DNA from: an uncultured bacterium | GTDB lineage: Bacteria > Planctomycetota > UBA1135 > GCA-002686595 | Direction: 5' to 3' | Length of the DNA stretch: 64,000 bases | Assembly (NCBI GenBank): GCA_943787795.1 | Contig: CALSNU010000002.1 | Span: forward strand, 64,001-128,000 | In this document: positions 38,945 to 47,651 of the stretch, in pieces | Layout: every line of letters begins with the position of its first letter | Position numbering within the stretch: the first letter of the stretch is position 1 | Notes under the pieces: model-generated | What the model saw: only the letters and a program-made list of their open reading frames with translations | What the model was told of the DNA's origin: nothing | Database searches by the model: none | Translations under genes and position numbers: made by a program

Positions 38945-38983
38945 CGCGCGGGGCCGCGCCGCACTCCGGCGCGGCCCCGTGCG
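38945..38983 (+). terminator. Hairpin downstream of the lipoprotein gene
   Basis: cgcgcggggccgcgccg-cactc-cggcgcggccccgtgcg. Confidence 0.6.
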
Positions 38984-39090
38984 CGTTCACCGGCACATGG
39001 GCCCAGGCGCATCATCACACGCGCCTCGCTCCTGACGACGAGCGCGCCGCGACTCTCGGCCAGGCCGCCTGGCTCCGCCCTCCTGAACCC

Positions 39091-39846
39091 ATGAACGGCC
39101 CCCTCCGAGCCTCAGCCGCCGGTGCCCTCGCGGCGCTGCTCGCAAGCTGCGCGGCAGCTCCCACGCGCTCCCGCGCTACCGGTACCGCCATCGCTGCAGG
39201 TCCCTCAATCGCCACAGGTTCCTCCACCGCCACAGGCTCCTCCACCGCCACAGGCTCCTTCACCACCACAGGGCCCTCCACCGCCACCGGGCAGTCGCCC
39301 GCGGCAGGGGACTACTCTCAGCCCACCTCCGGCCGCCTCACGTTCACGTTTGGCCAGCGCCGGCTCGGCCGGGACTTCGCGCCCACCGATGAGCCCCAGG
39401 CGTTCGGCGTGGAGTTCTCCAGGATCTCCGCCGGCGGCTCGCCGAGCTTCGGATTGGGCTTCGAGTTGGGCTTCCAGTTCGCAGACGATCGCGCGCGCGG
39501 CGCCCGGCTCTCCGGGGGCGGAACCGGGAACCTCGACCTCTTCCAGAGCGAGTTCTACGCCGGGCTCCGGGCCCAGGCCGGGGAGGGCTCGCTACGCCCT
39601 TACCTGGGCGCCGGCGCCACCTGGATCACCAACGACACGCGGGTGACCTCGGGCGGGCTCCAGGCACGAGAGAGCAGCAGTGACCTGGGTGCCTACGGGC
39701 ACGCAGGCCTCCTCCTCGAGGTCTCGCGCTCGGTCCACGTCTTGATCGACGGTCGCATGACCTTCTTCACCGATCACTCCATCGACGGCACCGACTTCGA
39801 CAGCGACTACTCGCAGGTCACGATTGGCGTGGGCGCCAGCTACTGA
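39091..39846 (+). CDS. Outer-membrane beta-barrel protein (OmpW/OmpA-TM-like) with lipoprotein-like leader and Ser/Thr linker
   Basis: LLASC; alternating strands, RPYLGAGAT, aromatic C-terminus VTIGVGASY. Confidence 0.78.
   Translation: MNGPLRASAAGALAALLASCAAAPTRSRATGTAIAAGPSIATGSSTATGSSTATGSFTTTGPSTATGQSPAAGDYSQPTSGRLTFTFGQRRLGRDFAPTDEPQAFGVEFSRISAGGSPSFGLGFELGFQFADDRARGARLSGGGTGNLDLFQSEFYAGLRAQAGEGSLRPYLGAGATWITNDTRVTSGGLQARESSSDLGAYGHAGLLLEVSRSVHVLIDGRMTFFTDHSIDGTDFDSDYSQVTIGVGASY
39187..39294 (+). repeat. In-frame 18-bp tandem repeat, about 6 copies, encoding STATGS-like units
   Basis: tccaccgccacaggctcc x2 plus variants. Confidence 0.9.
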
Positions 39847-39885
39847 GGGCTGGCGCGTCCGGCTCGATGTGCCGGACGGAGTCGC

Positions 39886-42333
39886 TCAGTTTCCGATGGG
39901 CGGGAAGACTCGCCCAGGATCCCGGTCGACCCAGATCGTCGGGACATCGTCGGTCCCCGCGGGCCCCGAGGGGTCATTCGGGTTCGAAGACCCCAGCGCC
40001 CAGATGGCGCCGGACTGCAGGACGCGGACCACGCTCCCCGACTCGAATGAGTCGTCGGCGCTCGCGCCGTCATCGATGAGGAAGCCGAGGAAGTTGTAGG
40101 CGCTGGAGAGGATCCCGGTGGTCCCGAACGCGAAGACGGCGAGGTCGGTGTGCCCCTCGGCGTTGTTCCGCTGGCCCGCAACGATGAGAGTCCCGTCGGG
40201 CCCGATCGCGAGGGACCTCAGGCTGGTGTCACGTCCAAAGTCGATCTCAGGATTATTGGTCGACCCATCGCGCAGCGTCACCACGCCGGTCCCGGAGGTC
40301 GGCGAGGAGAGGCTCCCCGCAAACGTGGTGTCGGGGTTGCCGTCGGGCAGGAGCCGCCAGAGCGCCGGCTGATCGCGGACCACCGCGCCGCCGAAGGCTC
40401 CGGTCAGGGAACCCGCGAGGACGAGATTCGAGGCGCCGTCGAGGCTGGCCTCGCCGCAGTAGGCGCCGTACGTCGCGCCGCCGAAGAAGCGCAGGGGCTC
40501 GACGGTCCCTCCCCCGAAGCCCGCGATAGCGCTGCCGGAGGTAGGGTCGAGGGCGAGGACCCGGATCCCGCCAGCGGCGTGCCCGATCACGTAGAAGCGA
40601 TCGTTCCCCGCCACGACGCCCGTGGCGCCCTCGTTCCCAACCTCCGGGATCGCCGGCGCGTACACGACGCCCGCCGCGCCAAAGCCCGGGTCGAGCGTCA
40701 GGTCCGGGAGCAGGCTCCACGTGGCGTAGCTCCGGGAGCCGATGCCCTGGAATCCCACGGCCACGAAGCCGCCGGAGGCCGCGGGTGCCAGGTCGAGGAC
40801 GGCCTGATCCGTGATCGAGGGGTTCGGAAGATCCACCCGAGTCGACCCGCTCCCATCGGACGCCACGCGCCACAGGGAGGCCTGAGAGAAGCCGCTGGAG
40901 GCGCTCGCGCGGGCCCAGCCACCGACGATGACGTCCCCCGTGGTCCCATCCACCGCCAGGGACGTGGCCCCGCTCACCGCGAAGGGAGGCACCTCGAGCA
41001 CCTGCACCCCCGAGACACCGAAGTCCGGGTCCAGCCGCCCGTCGGGGAGGTTGGAGCCGACCTCGGATGCGGGGCTCGCGCGGAACCGGGCGACGAACGC
41101 CGTCGAGGGGGTGCCGCACCCGGGCTCAAGGCAGTCGTCGGTCCGCCAGCCGCAGGCGAGGACCTCGCCGGAGGCCAGCTCCACCGCGTCCGCGATGAAC
41201 GCCCGCGCTCCCGCGCCGCCGAGCTCGGGGTGGTTCTTGATGTCGAGGAAGGCACAGCCCCCACCGAAGTACCTGGCGTCGAAGGTGAACTGGGCGTCCG
41301 CCGAGTTGTTCGGTTGCGGGAGCACAGAGATCCGCAGGCTGTTGATACCGCTCGTCTTCGGCGAGCAGTAGCTCAGGAAGTAGAAGCTGTTGGCGAGGTC
41401 TCGGACCTGCCCGCCGATCTGCTCGAAGGCCTCGGCGAGCTCACCGAACTCCGTGGCCGTGGCCGTCCCGTTGGGCCCGAGGGCCGCGAGCACCGCCGCG
41501 TCGTATTCCTGGCCCACGCCGATGGTGAACGCGGTGTGCTCGGTGCCCTCCGGGCTGACGCTCTCGATGGCGTCTGTGGCGTCCTGCAGGGTGACCGCCG
41601 GCCCCGCCTGGTGCGTCCCGTCCGTGAAGGTCACGAGGGTGAGGGACCGGTTCTCCACGCCGCTGTTGGCCGAGCTCGTGTCCACCTCATCCAGCGCGCT
41701 GATGCCGTCGACCACCGCCCCGTAGAGGTTCGTCGAGGTGCTGAACGGCGGCTCGTCGTTCAGAGCGTCCACGGCTGCGAGCAGGAGCTCGCGGTCGTTG
41801 GAGAACCCGAAGTCATAGCCGGAGATCTCGTGGATCATCGGCGAGCCGTCGAACCAGCTGACCTTGACGTAGTTCTCGGGCTCTGCCGTGACCGCCTCGA
41901 TGAACTGCCGCGCTCCCTCCTGCACCTCGGCCGCGCCGGCTGACTGGACGCTGTTGCTCCGGTCGAGGATCAGGTGCAGATAGGAGCGGAAGACCTGGGG
42001 CTGGGCCACCAGGCGCTGGGCGCTCTCCGTCTGGGAGACCAGCTGCTCGTTCTCGTAGACGTTGAAGTCGGACCCGATGAGATCCGCCGCGGGAGACCCG
42101 TCCCCCTCGGTGACCTTCAGGAAGACGCTCACCCTCCCGGGCAGGTCCACTCGCGCGTCTGGCGAGAGGGCCGTGACCGTCGCCGGAGTTCCAGCGCCGG
42201 GAGCCTGGCTCCCGCCGCCGCCCCCCCCGCATGCGGTGAGTGGCAGCAGGGCGAGAGCGCCCGCGACCAGCAGTCCGAGGGAGCGGGAGCGGCCGCGTTG
42301 GGCCAACTCAAGAGCGGTGTGGATCTTCGACAT
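39886..42333 (-). CDS. Lipoprotein with VWA domain and C-terminal delta-60-like beta-propeller repeats
   Basis: LTAC lipobox; MIDAS DRSNS, T and TDG; LPDGRLDPDFG, LPDLTLDPGFG and LPDGNPDTTF repeats. Confidence 0.8.
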   Translation of the reverse strand: MSKIHTALELAQRGRSRSLGLLVAGALALLPLTACGGGGGGSQAPGAGTPATVTALSPDARVDLPGRVSVFLKVTEGDGSPAADLIGSDFNVYENEQLVSQTESAQRLVAQPQVFRSYLHLILDRSNSVQSAGAAEVQEGARQFIEAVTAEPENYVKVSWFDGSPMIHEISGYDFGFSNDRELLLAAVDALNDEPPFSTSTNLYGAVVDGISALDEVDTSSANSGVENRSLTLVTFTDGTHQAGPAVTLQDATDAIESVSPEGTEHTAFTIGVGQEYDAAVLAALGPNGTATATEFGELAEAFEQIGGQVRDLANSFYFLSYCSPKTSGINSLRISVLPQPNNSADAQFTFDARYFGGGCAFLDIKNHPELGGAGARAFIADAVELASGEVLACGWRTDDCLEPGCGTPSTAFVARFRASPASEVGSNLPDGRLDPDFGVSGVQVLEVPPFAVSGATSLAVDGTTGDVIVGGWARASASSGFSQASLWRVASDGSGSTRVDLPNPSITDQAVLDLAPAASGGFVAVGFQGIGSRSYATWSLLPDLTLDPGFGAAGVVYAPAIPEVGNEGATGVVAGNDRFYVIGHAAGGIRVLALDPTSGSAIAGFGGGTVEPLRFFGGATYGAYCGEASLDGASNLVLAGSLTGAFGGAVVRDQPALWRLLPDGNPDTTFAGSLSSPTSGTGVVTLRDGSTNNPEIDFGRDTSLRSLAIGPDGTLIVAGQRNNAEGHTDLAVFAFGTTGILSSAYNFLGFLIDDGASADDSFESGSVVRVLQSGAIWALGSSNPNDPSGPAGTDDVPTIWVDRDPGRVFPPIGN

Positions 42334-42581
42334 GGTGGGGACTCCACGGAGCGCCGAGGACCCCCGCCCCGGCCCCGCGCGGGCTCCCAAGACTGTGGAG
42401 AAGTGCAGGGGGGAGACTCAAGGGAAGTCCCCCCAACGTGAGTGCATCCTTCGAGGTTGCTGCGCAGGGCGACCCGGCTCCCTGACCTCTCGGCTGCCGG
42501 GCCTCCCCTTCTGGATCCAGCCGCTCGGCCTGGACCCCGCGCGCCCGGGCCCTCGCTTTGGCCCTGGCAAGGACGCAGGCC

Positions 42582-43700
42582 CTAGCCCTGGCCCAGGGCC
42601 TCGCGCAGCGCCGCGAGGCAGAGCTTCACGTTGCGCTCGGTGGAGCCGGCGCCCATCAGGCCGACGCGCCAGGTGTTGCCCTTCATCGGGCCGAGCCCGC
42701 CGCCGATCTCCAGGCCATAGTGCTCCAGGAGGTGACCGCGGACCGCGGCGTCGTCGACCCCGTCCGGGATGGCGATGGTGGTCAGCGGCGAGAGCCGCTC
42801 GGCCTCCGGGACGCGGGCGCTGAGCCCCAGAGTCTCGAGGCCGGAGCAGAACATCTGCGAGTGGAGTCGGTGGCGCTCGATGCGTGCGTCGAGCCCCTCC
42901 TCAAGCACCAAGCGGAGCGCCTCATGGAGGCCATAGAGCATATTGATCGGAGCCGTGTGATGGTAGCTGCGCTCTTCGCCCCAGTAGCCCTGGATCAGAG
43001 AGAGGTCGAGGTACCAGGACTGCACCGGGGTCTTGCGCGCGCGCATCTTCTCCACTGCGCGCGCGGAGAAGGTGACCGGCGCGAGGCCGGGCGGACAGGA
43101 GAGGCACTTCTGCGTGCCCGAATACGCGGCGTCCACGCCCCATCCGTCGATCTCCACGGCATGGCCCGCGAGGGAGGTCACGCAGTCGATCAGGAGGAGC
43201 GCGCCGAGGTCGTCCGCGAGCTCACGAACGGGTGGAACCGGCTGCAGCACGCCGGTGGACGTCTCTGCGTGGACGACCGCCACCAGGTCGTAGCGGCCGT
43301 GCTGCGCGCCGGCGCGGAGCGCCTCGGCATCGAAGGCGCGGCCCCACTCTCCCTTCACCTCGGTCACCTCCGCGCCGCAGCGGCGCGCGACCTCCGCCAT
43401 CCGCGTGCCGAACACCCCGTTGACCCCCACGAGGACACGGTCCCCAGGCTCGAGGAGGTTGACCATGCAGGTCTCCATCCCCGCCGATCCGGTCCCCGAC
43501 ATGGGCATGGTCAGCTCGTTCTCCGTGCGAAACACCGCCCGGAGCATCTGCCTGAGCTCATCCATCACCTCCAGGAAGCGAGGGTCGAGGTGGCCGAGCG
43601 TCGGGCGGGCCATCGCCGCCAGGACCGCGTCGTCCACATCAGAGGGTCCAGGCCCCATGAGGACGCGGCGGGGAGGTGTGAGGGCGCTGGGTACTCGCAT
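42582..43700 (-). CDS. Alanine--glyoxylate/serine--pyruvate aminotransferase (class V PLP)
   Basis: [48 protein letters not shown]. Confidence 0.93.
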   Translation of the reverse strand: MRVPSALTPPRRVLMGPGPSDVDDAVLAAMARPTLGHLDPRFLEVMDELRQMLRAVFRTENELTMPMSGTGSAGMETCMVNLLEPGDRVLVGVNGVFGTRMAEVARRCGAEVTEVKGEWGRAFDAEALRAGAQHGRYDLVAVVHAETSTGVLQPVPPVRELADDLGALLLIDCVTSLAGHAVEIDGWGVDAAYSGTQKCLSCPPGLAPVTFSARAVEKMRARKTPVQSWYLDLSLIQGYWGEERSYHHTAPINMLYGLHEALRLVLEEGLDARIERHRLHSQMFCSGLETLGLSARVPEAERLSPLTTIAIPDGVDDAAVRGHLLEHYGLEIGGGLGPMKGNTWRVGLMGAGSTERNVKLCLAALREALGQG

Positions 43701-44003
43701 GGGCGTCTTTGACTCGGGGTCCGATGAGCGGGTCCGCCATCTTCGGTCAACGAACGCCGCCGTCCAGAGTCGGCGCTCAGTTCCGCCTTCCGAACGGCGA
43801 AGCGGCGAGCCCGCAGGCCCCTCCTCAGGACCGGGACGTAAGGCGAGCGGCCCCCGATTCAGCCCGCCTGGCTCGTCTCGGGACGATGCACACACCCCTC
43901 TACGGTGTCGCCACTGGCGGTCCCTTCGCGCTCCCCGCAGAAGTTCGATAGCCTCGATGCAGCGGCGAGCCGGCCGCGCCCAGAACCCCTTCCCCGAATT
44001 CAA

Positions 44004-45074
44004 ATGAACCGTCTGCTCTACGGACTCGCTGCCGCGATCGCCACAGGTGGCGTCACCCTTGCCCAGCAACCCTCCATCTACGTCGATATCGGCAGCGTTT
44101 CTGGGGGAGCAGGCACCCCTGCCACCACCTTCGGGGCCGCCGCGTCCGTCGGCGGATTCTGGAACGATCTCGACCTCGACTTCGTCGCTGGACCGGTCCT
44201 CGTGAGCCCGCCGCTCAACGACATCAGCAGCAGCCCAACCGCCGTGACGCTGACCTGGGACGGGCTCGGTACGGACCCGCTGCCGCTCTTCTTCGACGAG
44301 CTGTGCACGACAGGCGACGACCAGGCGCTCATGGACGACTGCGGGTACATCGGCGGCTCCAGTCAGTTCCGCTTTGACGGCCTGCCCGGCGGGACCTACA
44401 CGGTCCTGACCTACGCCATGGCCCCGGACAGCGCGGCCTTCCTCACCAACGTCAACGTCCCGGGATCTCTCGACCCGGCGCAGGACGTGGGCGGCGACTT
44501 CTGCCTCGGCTACGCCCTGGGAATCACGCACTCACAGCACACGGTGACCGTGGGTGTGGGCCAGCCCCTGGTGATCGACGTCTCCGTCACCGCCTCGTTC
44601 GATAGCCTGAATGGCATCCAGATCTTCCCGGGTACAGGCCCGAGCTTCGGGACGAGCTACTGCGGACCGGCGGTGACGAACTCGTCGGGTGCGCCCGCGG
44701 TGATCAGCGTCACCGGGACGCCGCTCGTCTCGCTGAACGACTTCAACCTCGTCTGCAGCTCTATGCCCTCGAACTCCTTCGGCTTCTTCCTGGTCAGCCA
44801 GTCCCAGGGCTTCGTCGCCAACCCGGGTGGCAGCCAGGGCAACCTCTGCCTGGGCGGGGCCATCGGCCGCTACGTCGGCCCCGGGCAGATCCTCAACTCG
44901 GGATCAGCAGGCACCATCACCCTCCCCGCGGACCTGACCATGATTCCCAGCCCCACAGGGTTCATCGCCGCGGCGCCCGGTGACGTGTTCAACTTCACCA
45001 CCTGGTTCCGGGACTCGTCCATGGGCGTGGCGACCTCGAACTTCGCCCAGGGCGTCGAGGTGACGTTCCAGTAG
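44004..45074 (+). CDS. Secreted beta-rich protein with a roughly 140-aa Cys-containing C-terminal domain
   Basis: Signal peptide; C-terminal GTSYC..AVTNSSG...GFF...[15 protein letters not shown]...F..WFRD...SNF. Confidence 0.8.
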   Translation: MNRLLYGLAAAIATGGVTLAQQPSIYVDIGSVSGGAGTPATTFGAAASVGGFWNDLDLDFVAGPVLVSPPLNDISSSPTAVTLTWDGLGTDPLPLFFDELCTTGDDQALMDDCGYIGGSSQFRFDGLPGGTYTVLTYAMAPDSAAFLTNVNVPGSLDPAQDVGGDFCLGYALGITHSQHTVTVGVGQPLVIDVSVTASFDSLNGIQIFPGTGPSFGTSYCGPAVTNSSGAPAVISVTGTPLVSLNDFNLVCSSMPSNSFGFFLVSQSQGFVANPGGSQGNLCLGGAIGRYVGPGQILNSGSAGTITLPADLTMIPSPTGFIAAAPGDVFNFTTWFRDSSMGVATSNFAQGVEVTFQ

Positions 45075-45137
45075 AGCCCGACGTGAGGGAGCGAAGAGCC
45101 CCTCATCCTGGCCCTGCGGGATCGCCCGTAGACGAAC

Positions 45138-45175
45138 GAAGGAGGCCCCGCAGCGAATGCTGCGGGGCCTCCTTC
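45138..45175. terminator. 17-bp stem hairpin between convergent genes (probable bidirectional terminator)
   Basis: gaaggaggccccgcagc-gaat-gctgcggggcctccttc. Confidence 0.8.
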
Positions 45176-45207
45176 TCGATGGGGCGCCGCGAACGGCGCC
45201 GCGGGCA

Positions 45208-45552
45208 TCAGAGCGTCGCCGAGAAGCGCGTGCCCTCGAAGGCGGCGATCAGCGCCTTCGGCTCAACGTTCGCTCCTGCGCAATCGACCGTCGCGGTCTT
45301 CTTGTCGTAGTCCACCACGACATCGGACTCTTCGATTCCGTCGAGCTCAGCAAGTGCAGACCGCACTTGCGGGGGGCAGCCCGCGCCTCATGTCATGCCC
45401 GTGAGCCGGAGCGTCACGGTCTGGGCTTTGGCGACGCCCATGCCGGCGGCGTTGCCGTCGGCCGGGGCGTTGGTCGTGTCGATTTCGGTGGTCTCGGCCG
45501 TGCAGGCCACAAGGCCAAGCGCGAGCGCCGCGGGAAGTAGGGTCTTGAACAT
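45208..45552 (-). CDS. Probable selenoprotein: heavy-metal-associated (HMA/MerP/CopZ-like) lipoprotein, 114 aa, Sec at codon 55
   Basis: Not in ORF track. MFKTLLPAALALGLVAC...TVTLRLTGMT-TGA(45388-45390)-GAGCPPQVRSALAELDGIEESDVVVDYDKKTATV...; the HMA pattern continues in frame across the TGA. Confidence 0.85.
45350..45370 (-). promoter_or_regulatory. Putative bacterial SECIS hairpin
   Basis: mRNA GCAAGUGC-GGUCU-GCACUUGC; stem starts 18 nt after the UGA, loop at +26 begins with GG. Confidence 0.8.
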
Positions 45553-45667
45553 GTTGATCTGGGTGATGGTGAGGGGACCACACTAGTGTAGCTCAAGTCC
45601 GCCGGACCCCACATGCCGGCAAGAGCGCGCCTGCCCCCCCCTGCCTGGTCTCCCTGAGCCGTCCCGC

Positions 45668-46342
45668 ATGATGCCCCGCGACCTGGAAGGCCGGATCCTG
45701 CTCGAAGCGGGAACTGTCCTCGTCATCGACAAGCCCCCCGGCCTCCCGTCCACTGGCCGAAGCCTGGACGATGACGATTGCCTCCAGCACGCGGTGATCC
45801 AGCGCGCCGGAGGCATGGTCTGGGCCATCCACCAGCTCGACGCCGACACGAGCGGCGTCAACGTGTTCACCACGGAGCGGCGCCATGTCGCCGCCCTGAA
45901 GGGGGCGCTGTCCGCGCCCTCGGCTCGAAAGCACTACCTCGCCATGGTCCACGGGTGTCCCCCTTGGGAGACCCGGATCGTCACCGACCCCATCGGGATG
46001 GTGGACGGCACCAGCCTGGGGGTCACCGCCCATGGACGCTCGGCCCACACGGAGTTCGAGGTCCTCGATCGGGGCCCGGAACATTCCCTGCTGCGCGTCA
46101 GGATCCTGACCGGGAGGACCCACCAGATCCGGATCCACGCCGCGCACCTGGGCCATCCGCTGGTTGGAGAGGAGTGGTATCGCTCTCCTCCGTGCGCGGC
46201 GCACCCCCGCCAGGCCCTCCACGCGAGCCGGCTCGCCCTTGAGGGAGACCTCCGCCTCGACGTGGCGGCGCCTATCCCCGACGATCTCAGAGAGCTCGCC
46301 AATGGGCTCGGCCTCTGCCTCGACCGCGCCACGCCCTACTGA
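45668..46342 (+). CDS. RluA family pseudouridine synthase
   Basis: IDKPPGL, HQLDADTSG, KHYLA, TGRTHQIRIH, GHPLVG, ALHA. Confidence 0.92.
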   Translation: MMPRDLEGRILLEAGTVLVIDKPPGLPSTGRSLDDDDCLQHAVIQRAGGMVWAIHQLDADTSGVNVFTTERRHVAALKGALSAPSARKHYLAMVHGCPPWETRIVTDPIGMVDGTSLGVTAHGRSAHTEFEVLDRGPEHSLLRVRILTGRTHQIRIHAAHLGHPLVGEEWYRSPPCAAHPRQALHASRLALEGDLRLDVAAPIPDDLRELANGLGLCLDRATPY

Positions 46343-46418
46343 CCCCCCGGGCCCCGCATCGCTCCAAGCACGCCGGACGAACGCCCGCCCGCAACGCGTC
46401 CGCGCCCCCTCCAGTCCC

Positions 46419-47651
46419 ATGAATCAGCAACCCCGACACCGAGCCGCCGCGCTCATCGCCCTCTCCCTCGCGGCGAGCTGCGCGCCAGAGTCCCCGCAGA
46501 GCGCGAGCGCCGCAGGGGCCGGAGCTGAGCGGGCCGCCCCCGTCGAGGTCGCTGACATCGAGATCGGACCCCTGACCGAGCGGCGCGTGTTCACCGGAAC
46601 CCTCGAGGCCTCGGCAGAGGTCGTGGTCGCACCGCGCGTCGCCGGCAACGTCGAGCGCCTCTCCGTGGACATCGGCGACCCCGTCGAGAACGGCCAGGTC
46701 ATCGCGTGGATCGACGACGATGAGCTGGTGCAGGCCGTGGCCCAGGCGGAGGCGGATCAGGCCGTCGGTCGGGCCACCCTTGAAGAGGCCGAGGCCTCAG
46801 CGAATCTGGCCAAGCGGGTCCTCGCGCGCCAGGCGCAACTCCAGCAGGAGGGCATCGCGTCCTCGGCCGAGTTGGAGAGCGCCGAGGCCGCCGACGCCGC
46901 CAGCCGAGCCATGGTCGCCGTCGCGAAGGCCAGGGTCGTACGGAGCGAGGCCTCCCTTGAGACCGCGCGCGTGCGCCTGGGACAGACACGGATCGTGGCC
47001 GAGTGGGAGGCGCCCGCCGCTTCGATCCACAAGGACCGCCCCGCCGGCGACGGCTCGGGGGCGCCCGCCGGCCCGTCCAGGTACATCGCCGAGCGCTTCG
47101 TCGACGTGGGCTCTATCGTCAACTCGAGCACGCCGATCCTCTCGCTCGTCGCGCTCGACCCCATCGTCGCCGTGATCTTTGTCCCCGAGCGCGACTTCTC
47201 GAGGCTCGCCGTGGACCAGCGAGCGAGCTTCACGACCGACGCTTATCCGGGCCAGTCATTCGAGGGGCGCGTGGCGCGCATCGCGCCCGTCTTTCGACGG
47301 AGCACCCGGCAGGTCCGCGTCGAGCTCGAGGTCGACAACGCCGACCTGCGGCTCCGACCCGGCATGTTCGTCCGCGCCACGCTCGAGCTTGATCACGCAG
47401 AAGACGCGACCATCGTGCCCGTGGACGCCCTGACGGCGCGCGACGGCATCGAGGGCGTCTTCGTCCTCCCGCTCGGCGCGAAGACCGTCCGATGGGCCCC
47501 GGTCCAACGCGGCTTGCAGGAGGACGCCAGGGTCCAGGTCTTCGGCGACGGGCTCTCCGGCGGGGTCGTGGTCCTTGGGCAGGAGCTCTGCGATGACGGC
47601 AGCGAGGTGAGCGTGTTTGACGCCGGGCCCAACGCCAACGGCGGGCGATGA
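46419..47651 (+). CDS. RND efflux periplasmic adaptor subunit
   Basis: Lipobox LAASC; VDIGDPV..GQ, coiled-coil hairpin, LRPGMFVR. Confidence 0.92.
   Translation: MNQQPRHRAAALIALSLAASCAPESPQSASAAGAGAERAAPVEVADIEIGPLTERRVFTGTLEASAEVVVAPRVAGNVERLSVDIGDPVENGQVIAWIDDDELVQAVAQAEADQAVGRATLEEAEASANLAKRVLARQAQLQQEGIASSAELESAEAADAASRAMVAVAKARVVRSEASLETARVRLGQTRIVAEWEAPAASIHKDRPAGDGSGAPAGPSRYIAERFVDVGSIVNSSTPILSLVALDPIVAVIFVPERDFSRLAVDQRASFTTDAYPGQSFEGRVARIAPVFRRSTRQVRVELEVDNADLRLRPGMFVRATLELDHAEDATIVPVDALTARDGIEGVFVLPLGAKTVRWAPVQRGLQEDARVQVFGDGLSGGVVVLGQELCDDGSEVSVFDAGPNANGGR

Noticed and set aside
45347..45614. ORF-track ORFs 45347-45583(-), 45414-45614(-), 45157-45540(+) and 45395-45586(+)
   Set aside because: No recognisable features; the TGA-containing frame 45552-45208 explains the region far better
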